A DNA stretch of 64,000 bases. It comes from Mobula hypostoma. Its lineage: Eukaryota. The position numbers and the translations under genes were made by a program. The DNA lies in the NCBI RefSeq assembly GCF_963921235.1, contig NC_086097.1, forward strand, positions 232,068,001 to 232,132,000, written 5' to 3'. Positions 13,005 through 24,770 of the stretch are shown here, piece after piece (positions within the stretch are counted from its first letter, which is position 1; each line of letters begins with the position of its first letter). The notes under the pieces were generated by a model. That model was not told the DNA's origin. It ran no database searches and saw only the letters and a list, made by a program, of their open reading frames with translations.

Positions 13005-13575
13005 GAACTCAGAAGATAAAGCAACATCTATAGAGCTGAATAAACAGTTGACGTTTTGGGCAAGACTCTTCATCAGGACTGGAGCAGAAGTTGAAGAAGC
13101 CAGAATAAGAAGGTGAGGGGAGGGGAAGGTGTAGAAGCTGGCGGGAGATAGGTGAAACCAGTTAAGGGGGAGACGGTGGGTGTGTTAAAGTAAGAAGCTG
13201 GAAGGTGATAGGTGAAACCAGTTGAGGGGGGGAAGGTGGGTGGGTGGGGGAAGGGGTGTTAAAGTGAACCCTGATATCCCCCTCCCCTACACTAAAAAAA
13301 GAGAAAAATTGGGTGAAAAACACAGAATAGTCCAAAACCATATCTATATCCATATCTAAAACACAAAAAACCTCAGTTACATTTTCTGGCCACAGCAGGA
13401 GGTCACACATTCTCCCCTCTCTGGTAGCAGAGCGATCCCAACAGCGATCAGAAGGCAGTCAGTCAGTGCTCACCTTCCACATTTGCCTCGATGTTTCAAT
13501 CTCCCTCGTTGCTTTAATCTGCGAACAAAAATTGATATTCATGCCATCAGGCTGGAGTTTACCCAGATGGAATAT
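13005..13575 (-). mobile_element. Penelope-like family A 3' relic, with an internal insertion (~13270-13525)
   Basis: Minus strand reads atattccatctgggtaaactccagcctgatggcatgaatatc (IFHLGKLQPDGMNI) and agtcCTGATGAagagtcttgcccaaaacgtcaa. Confidence 0.75.
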
Positions 13576-14250
13576 AGATAGATAGATAGATAGATATACT
13601 TCATTAATCCCGAGGGAAATTTGGTTTCGTTACAGCCGCACCAACCAAGAAGAGAGCGTAAATATAGCAATACAAAAAACCCCAACAATCAAACAACAAA
13701 ATGCAAACTATGCCAGATGAAAATAAGTCCAGGACCAGTCTATTGGCTCAGGGTGTCTGACCCTCCACGGGAGGAACTGCACGTTCGATGGCCACAGGCA
13801 GGAACGACCTCCCGTGCCGCCAAGTGTTGTATCACGGTGGAATGTGGCTGAAGTCCAACAGTAAAAAGTTCAATATCCAGTCTGCAAACATGTTCCTCAA
13901 TCGTAATATGCCCTGGATTGCACCATCCGTTGTTAGCCAGAACAGTAAGCACCCAACTCCTGTACGCTTACCGCTCTCAGTGCACCTCCGGTGAGGCGGA
14001 ACGGTATTACCCACCAAACTCCTCTTCTCCAAAAGTCTCTGTTGTCCAGACCCAGTCCTCTTTCCTCGGCTTTGTGATCCCCCTCTGCATCCTCTGTGTT
14101 TTCCTCCGGATTTCAGCAGGGGTGTCCGCCGCTCTGTTCGCTAAACTGGCCGGTATTTGCTGGTCCGTGGAATACACAATGCGACCTTGCTTCTGTCCCA
14201 CGTGTTGGGATGTAACCATTTCCAGCGCTAAAGAAAACCCAAATAAAGTT
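13575..14250 (-). mobile_element. Short internally deleted Rex1/Babar derivative (5' start joined to 3' end)
   Basis: Minus strand encodes IVYSTDQQIPA...PAEIRRKT (Rex1-like N-terminus), then RHGRSFLPVAI (C-terminus), then tttccctcgggattaatgaagta and a (tatc)n tail; CpG-rich. Confidence 0.7.
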
Positions 14251-14559
14251 TGAGAGAGACAAAGCTGACAAGACCAATTTCAGAACTGGAAAGATATTGA
14301 GATAAACAGATCCCAAGCAAGTGCAGACAAGGAGAGGAAGAAAAATCAGAAGGAAAATCTGCATCTGTAGGAATGCAGATAAATTAAATAGCAAAGGAAT
14401 TATAATTTTTTAAAAAAGAGGATGTTAAAGGGGCTATCAATGAAATGAAATAAGGATCTGGAGGAGATGGCAACAGCAGACTCACTAAAAGCAGTTTCAG
14501 TCCAAACAAGATGAACCTGGTATCTGAGATCTGAAGCTATCAGCTTCCTTATTCAATTC

Positions 14560-15140
14560 TGTAGACTCTTCAGAAATCTCCTACCACAGCAGTTGCAACA
14601 TCCTTTCCCACTCCAAGTTCCAAAGAGCTTCTCTCTCCCAAACTCATGCACATAAAACTCCATGTCGGAATCACTCCATTTGGATTTCTGCCTTTGCCAC
14701 AGCATCTCGCAAGTGGAAGTGAGATTATCTATGCTGCACCTGTAGTGAAATACCGTCCCCCTGCATCCGCCTCACACTACATTCCTCTGGACCTCTGCAT
14801 GGGTTTTATCCTGATTGATCACACTGTGCTCTTACAATCCTTCCTGCTGTCACGCTGCCGTGAGGAAGCTGCCCCCACTTTTCTCACCTTTCCAAGAGTT
14901 AATAGAGAATCACTTACAGTGTTCCTGCTCCCCAAGGCATTATTGTTGTCCCCTCTGACTTCTTCTTATCTACATACTGCCTCTGCCTTCAGCAAAACTG
15001 AGGATTATACTGTAAACTGTTGGCACTCCCCCTCCTCTCTCTCATTCCTAATTCTTTGTCTGCTTGCTTATATCAGAATGAGCAAAAAATTCCTACAGTT
15101 AAATATTGGGAATACCAAAGTTAGTATTTTCATCCCCAAA
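14560..15140 (+). mobile_element. Old L2 LINE RT relic
   Basis: ORF 14646-15167 has LDL...IDHTVLLQ and MSKKFLQLNIGNTK, resembling L2 RT (DHxILL, WMxxNFLxLNxxKT). Confidence 0.55.
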
Positions 15141-15149
15141 GCCCATTCA

Positions 15150-15935
15150 AAATCAAAGTCAATGTAAAATTTATTATCAATGTGTATATATGTTTTCATA
15201 TGCTAACTTGAGAGTCATTTACGGGAAAATAAAGAAATACATTAGTGTTTACGGACACTATACATAAACAAAGTCTGAAACACAAACAATTGTAAAAGAA
15301 GACAACTTGTACAAATACGTATAAAAGCTAATAATGAGAACGTGAAATGTAGTGTCCTTGAAAGTAATCCTTGTAGGTTCTTTGTAGATTGTAGAATTAA
15401 TTCAGAATTGTGGTGAATGAAATTATCCACACAGGTTCAGTGCCTGATATTTGAAGGAAAATAACTTCTCTCTCTCGCTCTCTCTCCACTGCCAATGGAA
15501 GGGTGATCCAGGAGCCACAGAACTCACACAACCAGGTTCAGGAACAGTTATTACCCCTCCACTATCAGAGTCCTAAACCAGAAGAGATAACTTAGCTCAA
15601 CATCACTCTCCCCTACACTGAACTGTTCCCAAAACCTATGGACTCACTTTCAAGGAATCTTCATCTCATGTTCTCAATAATTACTGCTTATTAATTTTTT
15701 TCTCTCCTTTTTTGGCATTTTCACAGTTTGTTGTTTTTGCACATTGATTGTTTGACTGTCCTGTTGGGTGCAGTCTTTCATTGATTCTATTGTGTCTCTT
15801 CTATTTACTGTCATTGCCCGCAAGACAATGATACTCAGGGTTGCATATATGTTCTTTGATAATAAATTTACTTTGAACTTTGAACTTGGCGGAATGTGGG
15901 ACCCAGGCTCCTGTACCTCCTACCTGATGGTAGCA
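15150..15935. mobile_element. Nested Rex1-type 3' tails (minus-strand host; plus-strand insert ~15480-15890)
   Basis: accaggttcaggaacagttattacccc (TRFRNSYYP) and tail aataaatttactttgaactttgaac. Confidence 0.65.
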
Positions 15936-16311
15936 TTCTATTCCCTCAAAACCAACATCATTGCTCACCCTCACTGAAACAGATTGTTCTGAGTCTTAAT
16001 CTTATAGTTAAGCTTCAACGGCCAGTGCCCCGGACTTTGGAGTTCTCCCCTTTAAATCTCTCTGTCACAGCTTCCTCTTTTAATACTCTCCTTATAAATT
16101 GCCATCTGTTATCTGTCCAAATATCTTCTTAGGCGGTTCCGTGTTTTGCTTAGCAACTCTCTGGTGTACCATCTTGGAATATGTTACTACACTAAAGAAA
16201 CTACACAAATGTAAGTTTATTATTGTTAGCTTCTTCCTCCCTTTCCTGAAGACAGGCTCGTTCTGCAGTGGATTAATTTAAATGAGCTGCTATCTGTCAG
16301 TTCATATGAGT

Positions 16312-16488
16312 AACATACATCAAAGATGCTGGTGAACGCAGCAGGCCAAGCAGCATCTATAGGAAGAGGCGCAGTCGACGTTTCAGGCCGAGACCCTTTG
16401 TCAGGACTAACTGAAGGAAGAGTGAGTAAGGGATTTGAAAGCTGGAGGGGGAGGGGGAGATGCAAAAAATTCCTGTTGTTTGTGTTTA
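16312..16488 (-). mobile_element. Young Penelope-like family A micro-insertion with hammerhead motif
   Basis: Minus strand agtcCTGACAAagggtctcggcctGAAAcgtcgactg; short plus-strand terminus attcctgttgttt; perfect 13-bp flanking duplication agttcatatgagt (16299-16311, 16489-16501). Confidence 0.85.
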
Positions 16489-16864
16489 AGTTCATATGAG
16501 TGTTTGTTTTCCATATTTAAACTAAGAAAATGGATGTCACTGTGAAAACCATCATGGACAAATCTTTCTCGGTGCATATGCAGGGAATGTGATCTCTCCA
16601 GAAAGAATGTGCAGATGGTAGTTAGGACTGGAGATATCTGTGTAATCTTCACTAGTCCACAACAGTAAAGCCAACTGGACACTACAGCTGCATTGTCTAG
16701 GATTGTGAAATTGTCATCAAAAGGCATTTGTTGAAAAAAATGCAATTTTTAAATTATACCAGTGTGATGCTGTGCCACATATTTAGCAACATATTGTAAT
16801 TTTGTTGTGGGAGAGAAAGGAGGGAATAATGCACGGTGAAATAACGAATTGACTCATTCATAAG

Positions 16865-17125
16865 GGGGAGGCAAAGTAGTGTAGCAGTTAACATAGCACC
16901 TTACAGTGCCGGCGATCACATGATCCAGGGTCCATTCCTGCTGCTGTCTCTAGGAAGTTTGTATGTTCTCGCCGTGACCGCATGGGTTTCCTGTTTCCTC
17001 CCACATGACAAAGACGTTCCGGGTAGTAAGTTGTAGACTTGCCATCTTGAAATTGAAAGGATGGCAACACTTGCGGGCTGCCCCCAGGACATCCTCAGAC
17101 TGTGCTGGTCATCGACACAAACCAT
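16865..17125 (+). mobile_element. V-SINE
   Basis: tRNA-like head, then gtttgtatgttctcgccgtgaccgcatgggtttcc...ttcctcccaca. Confidence 0.7.
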
Positions 17126-17782
17126 AAGACCATCAGATATAGGAGCAGAATCATAAGCCCATTCAGCCTGCTCTGCTATTCCACCTCTTTTTCACCATAT
17201 CATATGCTCTCTCTTTTCCCTTCAGGCTGTCTTTGAGTTCCCTTGTCAGCCATAGTTGCATCATCCTCCCTTTAGAATATTTCTTCATCTTCATAAGTCA
17301 CCTGGGCAGGTGGACTACATCCCTGGGTTCAGAAAGAGGTAGCTGAAGGGATTGTGGAAGCGTTAATAATGATCTTTCAAGAATCACTAGATTCTGGAAT
17401 TGTTTCAGAAGAATGGGAAATTGCAAACGTCACTCCACTCTTCAAGAATGGAGAGAGGGGCAGAAGAAAGGAAACTTGAGGCCAGTTAGACTGACTACAG
17501 TGATTGGAAAGAGGTTGGAGTCTATTATTAAGAATGAGATTTTGGGTAACTTGGAGGCACATCATTAAGGACCCCCACCACCCAAGACATGCCCTCTTCT
17601 CATTGTAACCATCAGGAATGAGGTACAGAAGCCTGAAGGCACACATTCAGTGACTCAGGAATAGCTTCCTCCCCTCTGCCATCCGAATTCTGAATGGATA
17701 TTAAACCCATGAACACTATCTCTCTACTTTTTATTTATATTTTTGCACTATTTATTTAATTTAACTATTTGATATACATATA

Positions 17783-18415
17783 TGGTTGGTTGGCTTCCAT
17801 CTGTCTCGAAGGACAATGGGTGATGATGATCATCATCAGGAGCCTGGGTGGAAGGTATGGAGATCCCGAGATGCCCAGTCATCAAGATTCTCCTCACAGC
17901 TTCACCAGTGTAGTCCAAAGGAAAGCTTATGAAGCAATGCATTTGGCATCAGCTTGGCTGCAGGGGCTGCCGGAAGGATGGTCAATGATGTCAGGCCATC
18001 TTAGGGGCTCCACTCTGGATTTGCTCTCTGAGTTTATTCCACGGTCTTTGCCTCTCCCAAGGCTGCCCACAAGGCAGTGGGGATATTTACCCACAGCCGG
18101 GGATCTGATTCACGAGCACCAGGACATGCCCACACACCGGTGGGCCTGCGTGTCATGTGCACAGGGGCCAGACATCCTTCCTGCCCTCTATTGTTCAGCC
18201 TGAGTCTGAAAGGAGCTCCGTTTCCGTGCATCACCAGTGAGGGGGCTCTACATGAAGCTTGCTGCTGGAGAGGCTCTGTGCTGGCAGGGAGAGACTGACA
18301 CATTCATCCCTCCATTTTGCAAGACTGCTAGTCAGTGGAGGAAGCTGGAAGTAAGAGCAACAAGCACTGCCCTTTTCACTACCACACAAGACACATCACA
18401 ACAACCATTTTGACA
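17783..18415 (-). mobile_element. Non-autonomous RTE-related element (~630 bp)
   Basis: Minus-strand 3' end cccattgtccttcgagacagatggaagccaaccaacca; internal caaatccagagtggagcccctaag; full-length homologue at 25690-26328. Confidence 0.7.
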
Positions 18416-18754
18416 CTATGTATACTTACTGTAATTTACAGTTTTTTCCCCATTATTATCATGTATTGCATTGTACTGCTGCCGCAAAGTTAACAAGTTT
18501 CACGCCATAAGCTGGTGATATTAAACCTGATTCTGTTGATGAAATAGGCCAAAGTCAGCGTGGTTTTCCAAAGGGGAAATCTTGCCTGACAAATCTGTTG
18601 GAATTCTTTGAGAAAATAACAGGCAGGATAGACAAAGGAGAGTCAATGGATGTTGATTATTTAGATTTTCAGAAGGCCTTTGACAAGGTTCCGCACATGA
18701 GGCTGCTTAACAAGTTAAGAGCCCATGGTATTACAGGAAAAGTACTAGCGTGGA

Positions 18755-19046
18755 GTGTGGGCACGTGACCAAGTGGTTAAGGCATTGGACTAGCGACCTG
18801 AAGGTCGTGAGTTCGAGCCCCAGCCAAGGCAACGTGTTGTGTCCTTGAGCAAGGCACTTAATCACACATTGCTCTGCGACGACACTGGTGTCAAGCTGTA
18901 TGGGTCCTGATGCCCTTCCCTTGGACAACATTGGTGTCGTGGAGAGGGGAGACTTGCAGCATGGGCAACTGCTGGTCTTCCATACAACCTTGAGTGTAGA
19001 CTTTCCAGGCGCAGATCCATGGTCTCGCAAGACTAACGGAGGCCTT
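18755..19046 (+). mobile_element. tRNA-derived CORE-like SINE with RTE-type tail
   Basis: A box and B box (gttcgagcc), core ccttgagcaaggcacttaa, tail ccatggtctcgcaagactaacgga; perfect 12-bp TSD tactagcgtgga (18743-18754, 19047-19058). Confidence 0.9.
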
Positions 19047-19254
19047 TACTAGCGTGGATAGAAGACTGGCTGACTGGCCAAGAGTGGGAATAAAGAGGGC
19101 CTTTTCAGGATAGATCCTGGTGATCAGTGGTGAGCCACAGGGTTTGGTGTTGGGATTATTTCTTTTCACATTACATATCAATGCTTGCAAGCAAGAATTG
19201 ATGGTTTTGTGGCCAAGTTTGCAGATGATACGAAGATAAGAGGAAGGGTAGGTG

Positions 19255-19800
19255 CAGTGCCTTGAAAACTATTCAGCCCCTAACTCTTTTTTCACATAAA
19301 TGAGCATTACGACTAGGGATTTTGATCAATTTAAGTGTGAATTTTTATTTATGGAACACATGACCCTTTTATTTTACACAGTGGAAGCCAAAAAACATTA
19401 TGTAAAGCATGAAAGACCAAATATTCAAAAACTGAAATGTCAGCAGTTCAAAGGTATTCGTCCGCCTTTGCTCAGTACTCATTTGAACCACCCCTCATGG
19501 CTATTACAGCCAGTAGTCTTTGTGGATAAGTCTCTGCTGGCTTTGCACAATGTGATGGAGCAAGATTTACCCATTCTCCTTTGCAAATTGTCAAGCTGTT
19601 CCAGGTCAGTTGGAGGCTGGTGTGTTCCAGGTCAGTTGGAGGCTGGTGTGTTCCAGGTTAGTCGGAAGGTGGTAGTGGACAGAAATCTAGAGGTCTTGCC
19701 AGAGATGTTCGATTGGGCTAAGGCCAGGACTCTGACCAGACCAGTCAAGGTCATCAATTTTGTCCATTTGAAGCCACTTTGTGGTTGCTATGGCAGTGTC
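19255..19800 (-). mobile_element. Tc1/mariner transposon end with transposase C-terminal relic
   Basis: TIR cagtgccttgaaaactattcagcccc; minus strand encodes TAIATTKWLQMDKIDDLDWSGQSPGLSPIEHLWQDL (WPSQSPDLNPIE motif). Confidence 0.85.
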
Positions 19801-20030
19801 GCCGTGCTTCTGGCACCAACATAGCATGCCCACAACTCACTAATCCTAACTATACATCTTTGGAATGTGGGTGGAATCTGGGAACACCAGGAGGAAACCC
19901 ATGTGGCCATGCGTGGGCTGGTGGGGGGCGGGGGTGGGCACGGTGGGAGAACATTCAAACTCCTTGAAGACAGCAACAGGAATTGAGCCTCAATCTTACA
20001 GAGGGTGCTGTGATAATGTTGCACTAACCG
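19790..20030 (-). mobile_element. V-SINE
   Basis: ctttggaatgtggg...gaacaccaggaggaaacccatg is the reverse complement of the V-domain. Confidence 0.7.
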
Positions 20031-20954
20031 AAGAGAAGGGTTAGATTGGTCACATGGGGGCCTGTACTGTGCTGTAGTGTTCAATGTTCTCGACAGCTAA
20101 TCAGTTAGAGAAGATTACCTTGATCAAACAAAGCCAAGGTGGCATAGACAAAGTTATTGGAGTTCTTTAAGGAAGATGGCAAATGGAATCGATATAGGCA
20201 AACCTGCAGCTGTAATTAATTTCAGCTTTTAGAAGGCTGACAAGGTGCCACATGAAAAGCAAGGGTAAGGTAAGACACCAGGGACAGTGTGGTGAAGTAG
20301 ACACTAGACAGGAAGTTAGAAGAGACTGCTCTTCATAAATGTACAGAATACTGCAAGAAGCAACTTGATAATGGATTTGCATTACGGTATTTCAGTGAGT
20401 TTCAGGAAGTTTCCTTCTCGTTCCAATATTCAGCCCTTGAAGACATTGAACATGCAGAAAATTACTTAAATTAGATTAGGAATAAGTAAGGAAGTCGCTT
20501 AGTAAGGAAAACTGTATTAGGTGAGGGACAAGTAGAAACATCATCTTTTTTCTTGTTTCCATCCATTAAAGTTATAGATTCCTCCACTGCCAAGCATTAT
20601 GGTTTTGGCAAAACCAGCTTTGAGATACAGAACGACCACAATTCGGGCATTCCTATGCAACCTCTATAAAGCCATTGAAGTAGATGGTGCAATTAATATA
20701 TAATGTAATATATTTTTTAAATTATTATGTTTTGCATTGTACTGCTGCTGCAAAGACAACAAATTTCATGACGTATGCCAGTGATATTAAATCTGATTCT
20801 GATGACCAATTAAATCACTCAAAAAATGCTAAGGTACTTTTTTCCTGTATTCTTATGCTCTCACACATCGATATGAATACATACATACCTTGGCTTTTAC
20901 ATTCAGCCATCAAATTTCTTTGAAGTCAGATAATAACTTTTACTGTAATAAGTA

Positions 20955-21838
20955 CCTAGTGCTTTCCCGACGATTACGATCAATGAGCTCTTCTCGGGCT
21001 TTCAGCCAGGTCCAGGTATCAATTATAACCAATGTTATGATGGCAGCTCTGTCATCTTCATCGGGGATGATGCCCAGGCACTTCTAGTCCCGTGGTATTT
21101 ATGCCCACATAATCCGTCCCTTCTGATTGGTTAGTCCTCATCCAATCAGGTTTCCACTCTCCCATCTTGCCCACAGTCAGATTCTAGTTGTTACTTCGAG
21201 CGATATAGAAGATTTTGAAGCGTATATCAGCCAGACAGGATGCACAGTGGAAACCGGTGTCAAGGAGCACAGGAGGTGTATCTGTTCGGGTTACCAGGAG
21301 AAATCGGCTGTAGCAGAACACTACATTCACAATGACCATAGGATTGACTTCTATAGCACAAAACCACTGTGCCGCGTCAGTGGCTTTTGGGACCGCGTGG
21401 TAAAGGAAGCCATTGAAATAATACTAGAGGAAAATAATTTTAACAAAGATGAAGGTAAGTAAGACTCACAACATGCTGGAGGAACTCAGCAGGTCGGGCG
21501 GCATCCGTGGAAGCGTTGACTGATTGTTTCCACGGATGCTGCCCGACCTGCTGAGTTCCTCTAGCGTGTTGTGGGTATTGTTGACCCCAGCATCTGCAGA
21601 TTATTTTGTGTTTACTCTAAGTAAGGACTGGAATTTGATTGTAAGTGAGGTGGGACAGTGGAAATCTGATTGGATGAGGACTAACCAATCAGGAAAGATG
21701 GACAACGGCAGTATAAATACCACTGGACTAGACATGCCCAGGCATCATCCCTGATGAAGATGGCAGAGTTTGTCGTCATAATGTTGGTTATAATCGATAT
21801 ATGTACCCAGCTGGAAGCCCAAGAATAGTTGATTCATT
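20955..21838. mobile_element. Penelope-like element (family B): GIY-YIG fragment flanked by inverted terminal repeats
   Basis: ORF 21127-21462 includes AYISQTGCTVETGVKEHRR...KSAVAEH...DF...KEAIEI...NFNKDEG; ~20981-21190 is the reverse complement of ~21630-21838. Confidence 0.9.
21464..21613 (+). mobile_element. Fold-back Penelope family A micro-insertion inside the family B GIY-YIG end
   Basis: 46-bp inverted arms 21467-21512 / 21528-21573, then family 3' end ccagcatctgcaga...gtgttt; aagtaag occurs on both sides. Confidence 0.85.
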
Positions 21839-22944
21839 TTACTGCGATATTTGCTGACATTGATATTCTATTACTTTACCATCCATTCTATTGAATGCCA
21901 AGTGCAGAACTGTGTTTAATTGCCATGATAGACAAGTGAAATATCCATTAGGGGCACATTATGCAAATGACAGTATGTAAGCTTTGAGATCAGACCATGG
22001 TTAACAGGGCAGCAAATTTAAGTTGAGAGAATGCTATATTATTATAAAATCATGAAACTCAAGTTTAAAAAATCATATTTATTTTCCTTTTCCTAACTAT
22101 ACCATGTTGTTCCTACTTACAGCTGTGGGAATAAAGAGGACTGAATCAACTTACATCTATATTCTTCAGCTGACTGGCAAAAAATTTCCATTGCGAGCAA
22201 ATGATAATCTTCCTAGTGAAGCGTAGATACTCCTTTTCTCAGTGAGCGATACAGATGAAAACTGAGTCATCATCAGAGCTTAATGCAGCTCATCATTTAG
22301 TTCTTTGATGTTCCAACACACAATGAGGTTGGTGGTGGTGCTATTAACATTCCATATGAATGGGACGGGCCTGAGTGATTGTAGTCTTAAAATAGACTAT
22401 CATCAGTTAGATGAACTTTGGGAATGTTCTGTATTCAAATAGAAATAGAATAACCTCCACATGGCACTGCAAAAGTAGCACAATTTATTTTCCCAAATAA
22501 AATATTTGGACAGGGTTCAAACCTTAGAGCCGAAATACCATTTGTCAGTAATATGCAGAACATGGGTGAAATACTTAAAAAAATGCATTCTGAGATGTAA
22601 AGACTTATCATTAATTATAATAAGAAGACTCTTATCTGTATCTTTTAATTAAATGGTCAATCAAATCTAATGATAAACGTCTCAGTGGTTCCTGAACTTT
22701 ATTTTTCTCATCAAATCAGGAGGTGAGTCACACATTCCTGCTGCCGTCAGTTACGGACCAGTACGGACACATAACTGATCAAGCATTCCTTATGACTGAG
22801 AAACATCTGGTTTGTGAGCCGGGAATCAATTTTGCAAAGAGGTACACAATGTTGAAAGAGTAACATTGAATTTTAGACCATTTATCCTCTTACCATACAA
22901 TTCCATGGATGTATCTTCTAACTGCAAATGATGGCTATATTTTT

Positions 22945-23192
22945 AAAAAATGCATCCGTTAGTCTTGCGAGATGATGGATCTGTGCCTGGAAAGTCTTCA
23001 CTCTCCAGGGCGCAGGCCTGGACAAGTTTGTATGGAAGACCAGCAGTTGCCCATGCTGCAAGTCTCCCCTCTCCACGACACCAATGTTGTCCAAGGGGAG
23101 GGCATCAGGACCCATACAGCTTGGCACCAGTGTCGTTGCACAGCAATGTGTGATTAAGTGCCTTGCTCAAGGACATAACACGTTCCCTCGGC
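22945..23192 (-). mobile_element. 5'-truncated RTE-tailed CORE-like SINE
   Basis: Reverse complement of 18755-19046 lacking the tRNA head; flanking ggctatatt duplicated. Confidence 0.85.
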
Positions 23193-24279
23193 TATATTAT
23201 TTACCTACTATAGTCATATGTTTTACTGCTGTGAGGTGAATGCTGGCTTGTCTCCCGATCAATTGGGATCATCTGTCCGTGCAAGCAAGAGGTACGAGGG
23301 CTGGTCAGTCAGCAAGCCCGAGTTCAAACCTGGAGTTTGCAGTTTCGTCATTGGCTAGATTGGAGGTCAATACCGAAGGTTGATCAGAAGTCCGGAAGCT
23401 GATGCCCAATGGCTGAAACCTGAAGTCAGGTGGCTGGAGGCCCGAAGGCCTGACCCGGAGTTGGGAGACTCTCCAGGTGTATGGGTGGATGAGGGGGACA
23501 GGGAGGGAGGAAAGTGCCTTACTCAGCTGCTGCTGTTCTGTTGCTTGCGTTCTGTGAGTTTTGCAGGCATGCTATGTTGGCAGCAGGATGTGTGGCTGTC
23601 CCCAGAATAACATTAGGTGTATTGATTCTTCATGCAAGTAACACATTTCGCTGTCAAAATCACTGATCAATCTGAATCTGAATCTATCTGGTCGACAGCA
23701 ACAAACTGTAGTAGTACTATTTTCAATTCAACTCAAGTTTAATTGTCATTTAACAATATATAATTATAACCAAACAAGACAGTGTGGCTATGGGGCTGTA
23801 ACAATATTCAGTCTCCACTCTTTCTTTGACTGGTTTATTAGATGACACATACTGCGTGATTGTTACACATTTGCTCTGTAATGAGCAGAAATGAGGGGCA
23901 TTTTGGAGTAACTTGGCATACTTTTCCATTGTTTTCCATTGTGATTACAGAGATGCTGCAGCTTACAACGGTGAGCCTAATTCTCCACAATCAATATCAA
24001 AGGCATCAAACATTACTGGAGTGGATAGCGTTGTAGCGGTTCAACAAAATAGGCACACCAGGAATGATGGGAGGTGATGCATTTCAAAATCTATTATAGC
24101 TTCCCGTTTCTGCAATCTCTTACCTATTAATCCCTCACTTACTGGATTTCAGTCAACAGGAGTGATAGTTTGAGCATTTGTTAAGAGCTAGCGATATGCA
24201 ATTGATCATTTTAATGTAAATTATGGACATTTGGACAACTGCAGAAGATTAATCATTCACATACATAATCAGATACTCG

Positions 24280-24770
24280 AAAGAATTCGAAGTACATTTA
24301 TTATCAAAGAATGTATAAATTATACAGCCTTGGGATTCATCTGCTTACAGTCAGCCACAGAACAAGAAACCTGAAAGTACTGAATTAAAAAGAAGGAAGA
24401 CAAACACCCAATGCGGGGCGAAAGAGAGAAAAAACACAAATCATGCAGACAATAGAAGCAGGCACAGGAATCTGAACCAAATTGAGTCCTTAGATCTGAA
24501 TCCCCAGAGCAGCCCAAAGGTAGGCCCAAAGCTCTCAGTTTCAGTTCACCACGCAGCGGGGCCAACGGCCGCAAAGCTCGTAGACACGAAGCACATGGCA
24601 ACCGCAGTACCGGGAGGAGTAATTGTTGTGGAGCAGCGAGCGGAATCAGCCCCATCCTCACCTCCGGTCCCGACACCCTGCCTTTCAGTCTATCTAGGTC
24701 GGCGATTAAATGATCCAAACACCCCAGCTTGGGGCCCGCTGCAGCGACGCACTCTGGATCGGGTTAGGAT
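24280..24770 (-). mobile_element. Short non-autonomous element with Rex1-type 3' tail
   Basis: Tail ttcgaagtacatttattatcaaag...gggattcatctgc is homologous to the tail at 6010; the 5' part is CpG-rich. Similar tails end near 23680, 32440, 43730 and 52315. Confidence 0.55.

Larger units (their letters stand above)
17296..19253 (+). mobile_element. CR1 RT fragment hosting nested Rex1 tail, RTE derivative and SINE
   Basis: gaatgggaaattgcaaacgtcactccactcttcaagaa (WxIANVTPLFK); aaatcttgcctgacaaatctg (SCLTNL); ttagattttcagaaggcctttgac (LDFQKAFD); aagtttgcagatgatacgaag (KFADDTK). Confidence 0.85.

Noticed and set aside
19300..19824. 174-aa plus-strand ORF
   Set aside because: Antisense of the Tc1 transposase relic and its terminal repeat.
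22100..22400. Possible exon (cttac donor-like sites on the minus strand, acceptor-like site on the plus strand)
   Set aside because: The frames tried hit stops and gave no recognisable peptide.
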